Part shown: piece by piece, positions 1-12,300 of the stretch
Numbering within the stretch: position 1 is the stretch's first letter
Layout of the letters: the number at the start of each line of letters is the position of its first letter
Assembly (NCBI GenBank): GCA_010093815.1
Contig: ML996576.1
Source: Pseudovirgaria hyperparasitica
Lineage: Eukaryota
Length of the DNA stretch: 64,000 bases
Strand: one strand, 5' to 3'
The notes under the pieces: generated by a model
Told to the model about the DNA's origin: nothing
Databases searched by the model: none
Seen by the model: only the letters and a program-made list of their open reading frames with translations
Program-made: the position numbers and the translations under genes

Positions 1-2437
1 GACAGACATTCTGATCGAAGAGTTACACAGTCATCTATACCTGAAGTCGCCGTACTGTGAAGACAGATGGAAAGTATACGCACAGAATCAACCAAAGGCC
101 GCCAGTGCAGATGGATCTACAACGATAGATTCTCGTAGTAGAGCTCTGTATTACTTCCTCGAACGCCTGGATACATCCGAGGCCATGATTGACGATGCAT
201 CTCGCAATCCTGAAGCGGACACGTTCCATTATATACACCTCCTCATCGAGTCTCTGAATAAGCTCGGTCGGCTCGACATCGCTATCGACACTATCGAGCA
301 ACGGCTGCCGATAGAGCTGTCTAGAGTCGGGGAGAAGTCCAATAATGAGGTAGCGCAACGCCATCCAAGCACTCTGCGTGCATATGCGAACAAGGGCTAC
401 AGCAAGTACGATTTCGCGCTGGACACAGATGACGCTCGATCAGCACTTCTCAATGACCTCCTGTGGACTTTGTATGCACGTTTTGAAGCCATTGCCGAGG
501 GCCACCGTGTGGTTCACGACGTAGTTGTAGGAATTCTGAGAAGGGAGAGGCAAGCTGAAGATCAAACCTTGACCCGTGGATTCAAGGAACTATGGAAGCT
601 GTTTCAGAGTGAGATACGCTCGCTACTTCATGACTACCTGGCGACAGATGATAATCCGTCATATCGACCTGGGCAGGCGACAAACGCATCCGGCAATCCG
701 TTCCAGAAGGCACCGCGTGACAAGAACAAGCGCATGTTCAAGCTCTCCGAAATGGACCTTAAGTCGACCGAACTTGCAACAGACAAGGACGATTTGGAAT
801 TCATCCTCAAATCATCCGTACCTGGGCTGGTCTCTGCAGCAAAACAACCAGACGGCTCCATTGTCAGTAACAGCGCCGCCATGCATGATGGCAGTGCAAC
901 AGGCCATAAACTCCTCGTCGAACCCAGCGTCTTTAACATGGGTCTCCTCCTTCCGCCATCCCTCGACTTTCTTAGCCGCCTCAAAGAAGTCGTCCCGCCA
1001 AACTCCGATATCATCCTCAGCACCCTCACCTCCTTCCTTGACGACTTCCTCGTCAATGTATTCCACCCCCAGCTAGACGAGACGCTTGTGGAGCTCTGCG
1101 CCCAGACTTTCATCGAAGTGGACGCTTTCCAGCAAGACTCGCAATGGGCACAGGTATCTCAAAAGCCTGTTTTCAAGGGCACGACACGGTTCTTCGGTCT
1201 CATCATCGCCTTCTGCAGAATGCTGGATAACCTGCCGCATGACCAGAGCATCAGCCAGCTGATCATAACACAGATGGTCACGTACTACGACAAGTGCTTT
1301 GGATGGTACAAAGCGCTGGTGTCACGCACACAGCCGAAGGCAAAGACGGGCAGTCGGCTCAAGAAGAGCGCTGCGTTTGTGGAGATGGATGAGTTCACTG
1401 GTGTGCTGAAGACGCTTCTACAGCCGCCTATCGAAGACGTAGACCAAGTCCTCACACAGGAAATCAATGTCCTCATCAACCTCTGCGATGAAGATCCTCT
1501 CGAAGAAGCAGACCTCATACTGCAGCGGAAGAGCATCACAGGCCTCTGCATGCTCTACACTAGCATGGTTAGTCGATCATATCCCCTTTTCACTCACCAC
1601 AACTAATCAAAATTCCATCAGAAATGGCTCGCGGCCAAAGTCAACGCCCTCCGCTACATCTCCGACCGTGCAACGAACTCGTCCGCGCCCCGCCACTCCG
1701 GCCCCGGTCAACCTAAACGCAATCGCTGGACCCTCGTTGCCACATCCTCCAACTCGCGTCCCGACAACCAAGCCGTGTACCTGCCCCTCGCGCCCGAAAC
1801 CGCCATAGCCTTCGACGGCGTCGTGGCCTCCTTCTCCGAGCTCGCGTCCAGCGTGCTGCAGACTCTGCACTTCGAGATGCGCTGCCACGTGCTGCATGCC
1901 GTCACCGCCTCCATGCGTGGCAGTTTCGCGCTTGAGCAGGAAGTCAGCGAGCCAGACGCCAGCATCGCAGCCTTGAACAGCGACCTAGTCGGCTTCGACG
2001 AGGATCTGGGCCGCACGCTACCGGCAGAGTCCCACGCATTCGTCGTGTGCGGAATCGGCATGCTGCTGTCCAGCCTCCTGCTCCACCTCATGCCGCGCGT
2101 GGCCGTCATGAACGACCTCGGCCACCACAGGCTCCACTTGAACGTCCTCGTGCTGCAGCAGAATCTGAAGAACATCGAGCCCGCGAGCGATCTGAGCCGC
2201 GCAACCTATTATTTCGCGCTGTTCAAAGGCGGCCCGGAAGAGATTGTCCGGCGGGCAAAGGAGATTGGTGATGGCGGGGCTGCGGGCAAGGGGTATAGCT
2301 ACGAGGAGTTGAAGGTTATGGTGGAGCTGTGCTTTAGTGCGAAGGTCAGCGGTCGTGGGAGACGCGAGGAGCAGTTGATGGCTAAGCGTGGGCTGGAGGA
2401 TTGTCTGTTGCGGCTGAGCGAGGTGATGTGGACATAG
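1..2437 (+). CDS. SEC8: Exocyst complex component Sec8, 5'-truncated by the window edge. Exons <1-1567 and 1622-2437.
   Basis: The frame is open from the window start (LIEELHSHLYLKSPYC...). Remembered fungal Sec8 segments are present: NPEADTFHYI, ATGHKLLVEPSVFNM, FLDDFLVNVFHPQL, LHLNVLVLQQNLKNIE. Intron 1568-1621 (GTTAGT...ACTAAT...CAG) joins the two ORF-track pieces in frame. Confidence 0.9.
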
Positions 2438-2624
2438 AAAGCCTGGTCCGGGCGGGGAACGGGAAAGATTGGGTGGGGGAGGGGGGGACAGTGTCGTCCG
2501 TTCAGCAGAGATAGCAGATAGCAGATTACTTCTCAGTCGAGAGGAAAAGCGGGGGCGTCAAAAGTCGTTGATGTCGTGCCTGCTGCACGCGTGGCTCGAT
2601 GGAGATGGCTGTGCAGTGCAGACA

Positions 2625-2670
2625 AAGGCGAGGCAAGGCGAGGCAAGGCAAGGCAAGGCAAAGCAAGGCA
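2625..2670. repeat. Imperfect pentanucleotide microsatellite (AGGCA)n
   Basis: Directly visible, about 9 units. Confidence 0.9.
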
Positions 2671-3017
2671 GATAAAGCTACCGTTGATGTACCATATATA
2701 CCCAAACTCATAAAGTTGCATGATATACTGTGCGTGCGAGAAACGTGTCTGGATCCATTATCTAGTAATCTATGTGCTGGTTCGTCTCTTTGACGACGAT
2801 GATGATGATGACGACGAAGAAGAAGGACAAGGGAGTCATGTGTAGCGTTTTGCAGGATCTGTGTAGTTAGCTGGACGTGTATTTCGAGCAAGTTTGTTTG
2901 TCGTCGTCGGTTGTTGTTGTTGTTAGCTGTTGGACGGCACCCGTTCCGTATCGTGCGTTGCGAGATGTCCCGATGGCATGGCATTGTGCGAAGTCGAATC
3001 GGATGTGTGCTCGTGGA

Positions 3018-3090
3018 TGACTGACTGACTGGCTGACTGGCTGACTGACTGACTGACTGACTGACTGACTGACTGACTGGACTGACTGAC
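3018..3090. repeat. Tetranucleotide microsatellite (TGAC)n with TGGC variants
   Basis: Directly visible, about 18 units. It produces the spurious SQSV-repeat ORFs on the minus strand. Confidence 0.95.
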
Positions 3091-4845
3091 TGGACATCCA
3101 GTCGTCCAATGACAGAAGTTAGTAACCCAGTAGATAGGTAGGTAGGTAGGTAGGGCCTTGCTGTCAAAACAGCGCTTGTCAAGCAAGCAGGTAAGCAAGC
3201 AAGGCAGATCTTGTTTGGTATGGTATGATATGTCATGTAGTGCGATCGCAGGTGTACGAGGAGAGATCTGGGTCGTAACCCAGTGTTTGACGAAAAGTCT
3301 AGTTTCATGCAATGCATGCAATGCAATGCTTCAAGCCGATCTGATCGTGTTCCAGAAATGCAAGATCTTGGGGGAGAGAGGTGGTATGGGTGTTGATTGT
3401 CTTCACTTCTGATAAACACTTTGACACTGTATAAAGCCCAGTTCAAAAAGAAGCTATACGTGGGTTTTATAGTATATAGCTATCTCGTGCACATCCAGCA
3501 ATCCCTAATCCCCCTCTCATACACTACATAGCATATACTCAATCTGACAGACACTCACTACGAGGAAGCCAACGCAGTACAAGACATGATGCCAGACAGA
3601 TTTCCTCGGCCCTGGGACTCACAAGGCTCGGATATCCGCGATCTGCGTGACTAAACACAGACAGCCTGGTAGGTAGGTAGGCTCTAGCTCTGGACCTCCC
3701 AACACCACCACCCGTACGAGGCAGTGTAACGGAGTGGCGCCTGCATCATTTTTTTGAAAGGAGGGAGGGACAAAAGATGGAGAGTGGGTTAAACACGTTG
3801 ACGGTGCGGCGTTGCACGGCAGGGAGGCTGGCTGGCAGGCAGGACAAAGGGACTTTCAGCTCGAGCTCGGCGGAGGAGGCATACATGGTCAAGCGATATC
3901 GTGGTTGATCGAATTGTCTGGATTGTCGGGTCGGGTGCACGCTCAGACGGTAGACAGGCATTGGATACGTGATGCCAGTGACGTGTGGTGTTTTGCCTGA
4001 GAGCATGCACGCGGGGGAGGGATATGCGTCAACGTTCTCGGGAGATTCTACTGCTGTGCATAGCTGGATTGGGCGAGGCACATTTGCGATCTGGTTTGTG
4101 AGTGGGCGCTGTACATGGCAGTTTCTTGGTTCATGGAGAGCATGAGCGGGCAGGATTGGTAGGATGAGATGGGTTTTTGGCTATTGTGATGACATACGAG
4201 TCTTGCAGAAAGCCAATAGCTCTGCGCTACGATAGAGGACTGCACAAAGGAGAGGAAGTGGTACGCCTTGTTGTCTAGTGCAAATGAGCTTTGTGCAGAG
4301 GATGAGAGAGACGGTCGAACAGAGGGTACAGATACAGTTTTTCAGTTGGTAGCATCCGGTGTTGTTGTATACAAGATGGACAAATTAGGTTGAACATGCT
4401 CTAGCAGCGCGGCTACAACCATGCGTGATAGTCGGTCTCGATGTCTGCAATTACTCTGCAACAAAGGAACTTTTCAGATATACAGCCGTCAGCCACAAGT
4501 TGCCAGAGGCGTAACCAGGCGTCCGGACATTTTGTAACGCTATGGTTGTTTAGTTTTGGAGTTATGCATGGCGTCTGCAACCAATACACGAGCCGAGATT
4601 TCGAGCTGATAAATGATTGTTACCGTGCTGAACAACAGACGACAGGACGTGCGTATCTCTCTAGTTTTCACCAAAAAAACGTAGTCCTGGGTCGCGCGCG
4701 CGGATGGGAGAGGCATATACTGTAATACCCGAGGAAACACAAAAAACGCATCACGATCGGGCAACGCGCGAAAGAATGAAGCACGAGCGGAGATTTCGAA
4801 CGCGACTATTCATTCACAGTGGGGAATGATGCTCCGTGCGACCGA

Positions 4846-4918
4846 CATCGCATCGCATCGCAGCGCATCGCAACGCATCGCAAGCGCATCGTAAGCGCAT
4901 CGTAGCCTCGATGCGCGC
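4846..4918. repeat. Degenerate (CGCAT)n-type repeat ending in an 8-bp inverted repeat (GCGCATCG/CGATGCGC)
   Basis: Directly visible. Confidence 0.7.
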
Positions 4919-6674
4919 GAGGTGATGAAGATGCTCGCAAGGCTTTGGCGGATTGGGACGAGGCGAAATTTGACAAGGGCCGGCGTTGAGGTCGGGCCCG
5001 CAGCCAAGAAACATGGGCATAGCCTTGCAATCGATAGCTACCAAACTCTTTATCCAGATGAGGATGGGTGATTAATATGTCGAGGCGCACGTCATAATCT
5101 GGAGCCCAGAGCAGACGTCATGTATATACACTATCAGCTCATGATTCAGTTGAAGTATCATGCCGCATAGATGTTTATGCTTGTAATGGAGGAGAGCATA
5201 CTGGAGAAATAGGTAGAAGGGTGCTCAGGTGGGGACGGTGGACAGACAGAGGGAACAAGTGTTGCGGCGATTGGCGATCAACGTTCCTGTCACCCACTTT
5301 GCCCGTCACACCTATCAGCAGCGACTCACGAGGTGCATGATGAAAACAGCGCCTGACGGGATAAAAACAACGCGGTACCGCACTGCAGTTCAGCTACATC
5401 TCCCTGTCTCCACCTAATCTCGCTTGTTGCCGAGAGCCAATAACGGCAGGCACCACCGGCCAATGTCCGTCTCCTTTGGGACGTGTTATTCCATAATCGG
5501 ATGTGGAAGTCGCGTAGTCGAGTTCAACACATCATTTTATTATTGATTCGTAGAGTGCTCTTTCTATACAGGGAATCCCTGCCTGAGGTTTTTTCTTTTC
5601 TTTTTTCCGTAAACTACGAATTGTGCAATGTGCGTGAAGCTTGCGTGAGTTGTGGAGTGTGAAGGGTGAAGGGTGAAGCGTCAAGCAGAACGTGTGCTCC
5701 ACTTGGTTGTTGTGTGTATTTTCTTCATTCTGTCTGTGTCTGTGTCTGTGTCCTGTGTGCCCTGTTGCAGGTGAGCAAGCTTCTGGCAGCTGTAACATGG
5801 GCATCAGCATCTTCCTAGGAATATGTGGAATTATTGGACGTAGAGGAGCATCACGTTCCGTAGCCTGTCCTGCTATTCCCCCTGTTCTGGCGCCTATAGG
5901 CACATACATAACTACTACCATTACTACTACTACTACTCCACGGCTGTTTGAGCAAATAGCAGTAGTATACATAGCAGACACTCTCTAGTCTGTCCCACGG
6001 CCCGCTGTGCCCCTGGTCTATCATGGATCATGGGCTGTGTGTCTGACATCCGTATCTGTACCTATCTGTAACCTAATTCCAGCTTTGTTCTGTATGTCTG
6101 CTGCTCCACTAATCATCCACTGCCACTTGTGCCGCTGCTATCCACACAACGCCTTTCATCTTGCCCCGTTTCGTGTCATTCGTTGCAAATCTTCTGCCTG
6201 CCAATCCTTCCCTTCCTCCCACATGGTCTGTTCGTCCTGTGCGCACCAATCGCACTTCAGCCCTGCATGATCTGATGCATGGGTCTTGCCTGATCTTACT
6301 CCTTCCGAGTCGTTCGTCACTTCGACCACCACCACCATCCTCCGCACTCGTTCTTTTCTATACACCTCAATCTCACTCTTCTCCGATCTCTGTTGTATGC
6401 ATGAATTGCTGCTGTACCTAAAGTAGTGTCTCCGGAGCTTTTCGTCTCCAGCCTCTCACTCCGCTACGCTCTTTGTCACTCTTTGCTGCTTCTTTTTTTT
6501 TCTCCCTCCGTCCTCACTCGTTCATTTACCTATGCGCCCTCATTACTTCCGACTTTGTCTTTCTCCAGTTTCCCTCTGATTCCGATCCCAATCGCTCTTC
6601 GGATCATGGCAATTGCTATTTGTTAAGAGTTGCGTTATAATTCTCCTAGATACGACAAGATACCCTATTTCGCT

Positions 6675-9600
6675 ATGAAGTCCCTTCGCTATATTCTCCT
6701 AATATTCACCTTCATCGTCCTTCTCACTCCTACATTTGCCTTGCGACCCCATTACAACGTGCGACAAGACGAAAACACCAACGACGAACATTCACAAACC
6801 GAAATTATATCCAGCAGTGCTCCTGAATCCACCAGAGACCCCAGTCCACCATCGTCAGCTCACGATCAACCCGCTACTGCGACCATACAGCCACCCGCAA
6901 CAAGCACCAATGCTGACTCCAACGCTCCAACCGCGATCGGTCAGAACCCTGATCCCACGGCGACTTCCGAAATATGTAAGGATCCTCATTCTACATGATA
7001 TCTGGCTTGAACTCGATCTGACTCTTGGCAGACGACAATGCTTCCGGGGAACTGCCCATCACACCTCGACTCTCTCCAGCTGTCGGTGTTGGTGGAGCCA
7101 TCCTGCTGTTGACTGGTGGAGCTTATGGGTTTATTGGTGTTCGACATGAGATGTACGATCCCGCTTCCCATCTGTTTTCATGTCACTAAGCTCTTACAGG
7201 GTACAAATCTTCTTCTCCACTGCATATCTCGCAAGTCTGTCTGTCACGGTGAGCATTCATCCTTTACCAAGCAGTGATTGGACCTAATTCGCGCAGGTCC
7301 TGATCGAGTATGTTGTGAAGGAAGATGTCAGTGATGGTGTCCAGGGTGGTTATTTGGTGGCCATTACGAGCGCTGGATTGATCTTTGGCTGTCTGACCTT
7401 CATCTTTAAAGACATGGTGGAAGGCTTGTGCTGCTTACTTGGCGGCTTTTGCCTTGGCATGTGGTTCCTCACTCTGAAGTCCGGAGGCCTTGTTCAGTCA
7501 ACAGGAGGTCGAGTTGGTCTGATTTGCGCCTTCACCGCAGTCGCATTCTCGCTCTCCTTCAGCCATTATACTCGTCTCTACGCCTCCATCGGCTGCATAG
7601 CGTTCTCTGGAGCTACCATCATTGTTCTTGGAATCGATTGTTTCAGTCGAGCAGGATATAAAGAATTCTGGATCTACCTGTGGAGTACGTTGACACTGTT
7701 CCACAGACAAACTGGTACTGACTCTGCACAGATTTGAACAACAGGGCCATCTTCCCACTAGAGACTCAGACATATCCGGTGACTCGTGGCATGACTGTGG
7801 AAATCGCCGCGATCATCATTCTGACCCTTTTTGCCGTCATCTCGCAGTTGAAGCTGTGGAAGATTGTGCGGGAGCGCAAGGACAAGAAGACTGCAGCTCA
7901 GGTCGAACGTCAGAAGCACCTAGATGCCTTAGACTCGGAAGCTAACCTTCGATATCAAAATCAAGTCGCGAGAGAACAAGAGGAGTGGGAAGCCACACAC
8001 GGCGACAAAGAACATGGCAAAGCTGTCGCAGAGTCAAAGTCATCGATCAGCGATGTGCCTAAGCTGTCGATGAGCTGTGCGAGTCAGGAAACGTCTCGTC
8101 GTTCCTCACAAGCGACACCCCAGGAGTCCGTTGAGATGCTCAACATTGATAAGATGAACGATACGCGTTCTCCTTACTACGTTGCACCAGACACTGGTAC
8201 AGTGACAGTCGCAATTGCCGAGGAGGACGAGATTCATGATATTGATCCCCAGGACAAGAGCTTTACGACACGACGAGACTCGGAATTACCTGGGTACTGC
8301 TCTTCTTTGAACGATGGAACCGACCGCAGGCAACAAGTGAAATCACCGGACTCTTTTGTGAGTGAGGTTGCTAAGTTGACCGGTAGCAGGAGGACATCTT
8401 TGCGAGCTTCTTCGTCGCTGCGCGTGTCCGTCCCTGCTCCAGCTGTCATGCCACTACCAATACCGATTTTCACCTCGAACCGACACACCAACTCGAATAG
8501 GGGTGATGATGATGACGATACAGCGAGCAAACGTGGTTCTAAACGATTCTCCGCTACCTCTAGTCTCAAGAGACTATCTCAGATCAGCAATCGCAGATCT
8601 CAAGATGTGTCCTCATCACAGGAAGACCTCATCATCCCGCATATCGAAGAGGATAGGAGGTCGTCGATTGCAGCAACGCTAGACGGTCTGGACATGGACG
8701 ACTTTTCACTACCGCCAACCGCGCCTCCTTCTCGCCCAAACTCGTGGCTGAATATCCGAGACGAATTACCAAAGATCGATGTCTACGAACCGGATGGAAA
8801 TCTCAGCCCGACTTCAGAAGGCCGTCCGAGAAGCTTCATGGACGTTGCGTCAGAAGTCGGCACAATTGAGTCGTCGAAGAATGCTTCATGCATTTCCATC
8901 GGCCAGCATGGTCTTCGTGGCTCATTAACTCCTAGTACCAATCCTAAACATGTAATGCATGGTGCGACTCGAGAAAGACGCCAGCTGGAAAGAGCAATAC
9001 CAGAAGACAGTAAGTCCAATCTTGACGACTCAGCTCTGGGGAGCCCGAGTACGGAGAGGGTGTCTCGCGTTACCAGTATCACGGACCAACTACCCGACAA
9101 GCTATCAAAGACAGCCTTGATTTATCGTACCAACGAATGGATCAAACATGCTGCAGACGCTGATCAGGATGGTCTCGGCTCAGATAATCTTGAGCTTCAA
9201 GAGCCAGAGTCTCCAGGAACCCGGGTTGAGACCGGCTTCTCATTCGAAGCTGCTGCACCCGTGAATATTGAGGATCTCCAAAAGACGATGGCAGAAACTA
9301 TCCCCGCTCAACCAGAGCCTGCGGCCCCAGTGTCGAGAAGACAATCCAGAGATATACCCACTCCTAGTATGAATGGCCGGGCCAGCGCACTGGAGAGACT
9401 GGAGCGTCCTGCCTCAAGGATTGCTCAGTCACCACCTAGTTTTCCTGCGGAAGAGACAACGCAAAGTAGTACCACGATCCCCCAACCAAACCTGATCAGA
9501 CACGCGTCAGCTCCAAAATTGGGGGGTCGAGGGATGGGGTTCCGTACCTCGTCAACTCCAATTATTGACCAGATCGTACAAGAATCTCCTCTCGAGGATC

Positions 9601-10250
9601 CAGAAGCCAGGAGCAGGGATGTTGCGACGCCTCTACCGACTAATACGCTCATCAACCGACGTGAAAGCATGATGCGCAGTCGCATCACGTCCACGAACTT
9701 TAACAGTACATCACTTCCAAATCTTCTTACTGCCAGCGCCATACAACCTTCTGATTCAGCGTCTATCCGAAACATGGCGACGCCGAGTCCACTGGGTACA
9801 GACGAAGATGACATCCCGCTCGCTGAGCGCAAGCAAATGTTGCAGCAGCGTCGCTTCTCTGGTCCGCAGAGGAATACCTTGAATCCTACGCAATCTACTA
9901 TGCAACTCATTCCGCCGCCTGTTACACAGGTCCATGCCATCTACGACTCACACCAGCCAAAACGGACATCCGGAGTTGACGCTGCAGAGCAAGCAAATCG
10001 AATGGCTCGCTGGCGCATGTCGCAACGCGAACTCCTTGCTCCGTCGCGGCAGTCAGGATTCGTGGATGAGAACCGAAGACAGCAGATGTTGGAGCATCAA
10101 CGGCAGTCGCAAATGGCAAAACAGCAAGAAGAAGTAGCGGCTGTTAGTCGCGACATGTTCTTTGATGATATAATGCGCAGAGGAGATATGCAAGACTTGC
10201 ACCGAGAAGCAATGCGAAAGATGCAGGCGAAGGCCAAGGGCGCGCATTGA
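6675..10250 (+). CDS. Signal-peptide, multi-pass membrane protein with a DUF4203 (TM7S3/TMEM198-like) domain and a long low-complexity C-terminus. Exons 6675-6975, 7032-7152, 7200-7248, 7297-7684, 7732-10250.
   Basis: Hydrophobic N-terminus MKSLRYILLIFTFIVLLTPTFA. Four GT-AG introns join in frame. Motifs LPITPRL...GAILLLTG, GLCCLLGGFCLGMWFL, AFSGATIIVLGIDCFSRAGYKEFW and YPVTRGM are typical of fungal DUF4203 proteins. Confidence 0.8.
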
Positions 10251-10719
10251 AGGGTGTGATGGTATCGCAGTGTTACAAGAGGGCGCTGCCGCAAATGCAA
10301 TGTCACGAAGGGAGGGAGGTATTGTAGGATTTTGGGCGCAGTGTTTCATACCGCGCAGGGATCGGTATTTACGAGGACGGACTGGGATAGAAAGACCGAA
10401 AGAGCTGGGATACAAACGGGGCAACTCGGATCGAGTTGATCATGATTTTGAGAGTATCTGCAGAGAGGATGGAAAATATGATATCCAGGGTTTCACGGCC
10501 GGGTGGTAAGATTCGTCAACGGCCTTTCATATATATGGGCAACTCGCAACGGGGTTGCACAAGAAAAATAACATCTGGCTAGACCAGACCTTACTTTTAA
10601 GCTACACACACAACAAACTATACCTCGATATCTGTATGTAGTGGCCATTAATTTAGTAATGATTAATCATCTCTTCTTCACCCATTCCAAATACCGCATC
10701 CAGTCAAGTTTTGTTTTTG

Positions 10720-12300
10720 GTCTTTGGTTTTGATCAAACAATTTTCGGTAATTAATTTTAGTTAGTACTTTGCAGCTTTGCCTCTCTCCCGCTCGAGCTA
10801 GAGACATGAACTATAGTTCTGGACAGGACGTGTGGAGACAAACCCATACTGTGTAGTGTGCACCGAAGGCAGCGGGAAAGGGGGTAATTAGTAGTAGACA
10901 GACTAGAAAGAAAATGCGAAAAGCAAACACGTTGGTGGGCGGGGTGGTCCTGACGACAGCCGGCGGCGGCCGCGGGAACCACCAGACGATGGGAAGGATG
11001 TCAAACTAAGCCACGTTTTTGCATTCTCTAGTGTCTGTTCCCAAGGGGGGTTTTTTTCTTGGTTGGTGTTGTTTTTGGTGGTAGTCGTCGTCGGGTGGGC
11101 TTGGGCTTGGGCTTGGGCTGCTACTACTATTACTACTGCTGCTTCTGCTGCAATGGATCCCACCCGCCGGGAGGGGAGGAGAGATGAGGGGAGGGACCTA
11201 CGGTACATCAGGAAGTTAGTTGGTATGGATAGTCTATCCGTCGGGTAGCAATGGGATTACTGTAATGGGGAGGGGATCGTCGGGGTTTGGTCAGGTACGT
11301 ACCGACCGGTATGTATTGTGGGATGGATGGACGGGATGGTAGGGGATGGGATGGGATGGGAATTAATAAGGTGGGTAGGTAAGGTGATTAGGGGCGTGGA
11401 AGAGAGGGGAAGGGGATGAATGGCGAGGGGTATTTGGCGGTTGTGTATGTATGTATGTGTTTCTTGATTTGGTTTTGCTATCTGTTTAGGAGTAGGACTG
11501 TGTGATGGAATGAGTACTCTGTTTCATTCGTTTGTGTGTTTTGTTTTTGTTCAGAGGTGGGTGTTGTTGTTGTTGTATCACGACGAAAAGAAGTATGCGA
11601 TTGGTTATTATGTAGAGGATGGGTGCATACCGAGGTAGGTTCTTACCTGGCTGGTAGTCCCTGCCTAGAATGGACCCGGTTTTTTTTGTTTGTTTGTTGT
11701 ATTGGTTATTTTCTAGGGGACGGCAATGGCGGCATCTCTGGAAGCAGTCAGGCAGAGAGGCACTGAGAGCGAGAGATACGAGCTGGAAGTATGGATGTCA
11801 CTGATGCTTGAAAACTGAGAACTGACATCATGCGCCTCATCTCTCTCGCTCCTTGCCCTCGTGGCGTAACTTTGAGAACGTGTGCGCCCGATGCTCTGTG
11901 TGCACTGGGATCCTGGTCTTTTTATCTGTGTCCTCGATTGTGGTATGTAGTAGTGGCAGTGGCATGATTTTTTCCTGACTCGTGCTTGTTTCTTGCATTA
12001 CTCATGGGTGGTGGAGGTGGTGTGGTGATCATGAAGATGATGAAATTTAGTGATGATGCGAGGAATGTTGTAGGGCCCGCTGTCAGGGGAAAGTCTATCC
12101 AGCGAGGTGCGTCTTCTATTTTGGGGGACGGAGGGGATGCCGATGAGAAGAAGAGGGGAATTGATGGGGGGTCTGGGCGGTGGTTTGGGTTCTAACTTAG
12201 CCTGGGGAGGAGTCAACGATGTGTGGTGCTATTGTACTTAGTATGCTTTCGTGCCTGAACTAATTTAGAAGCTGTTGAACCTCATCCTGCTCCATGGACT
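10720..12300 (-). ncRNA. Candidate spliced, structured long non-coding RNA (ends uncertain)
   Basis: Strong minus-strand intron 11646-11198 (CCAG|GTAAGA...ACTAAC...TAG|GT), with no ATG-initiated ORF crossing the junction. Three long stem-loops at 11767-11851, 10898-11038 and 10781-10883; the last contains a cUUCGg tetraloop on the minus strand. Confidence 0.4.

Noticed and set aside
2526..3446. 306-aa minus-strand ORF and overlapping SQSV-repeat ORFs
   Set aside because: Non-ATG start, and the content is translated microsatellites (TGAC, GGTA, AGGCA) with no family motif.
4186..4260. Box C-like GTGATGA with a nearby short stem
   Set aside because: No box D (CTGA) at a suitable distance, so not called as a snoRNA.
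11386..11394. TTAGGG as a possible telomerase template, along with CCTAACCC-like 8-9-mers near 35717, 41654, 47917 and 58501
   Set aside because: The 11.4-kb match is one repeat only and lies inside the predicted intron. The others have no visible pseudoknot or CR4/5 context and are expected by chance.
11641..11651. CTTACCTGGC resembling the U1 snRNA 5' end
   Set aside because: It lacks the ATAC start and downstream U1 features, and is better explained as the reverse complement of a 5' splice site.
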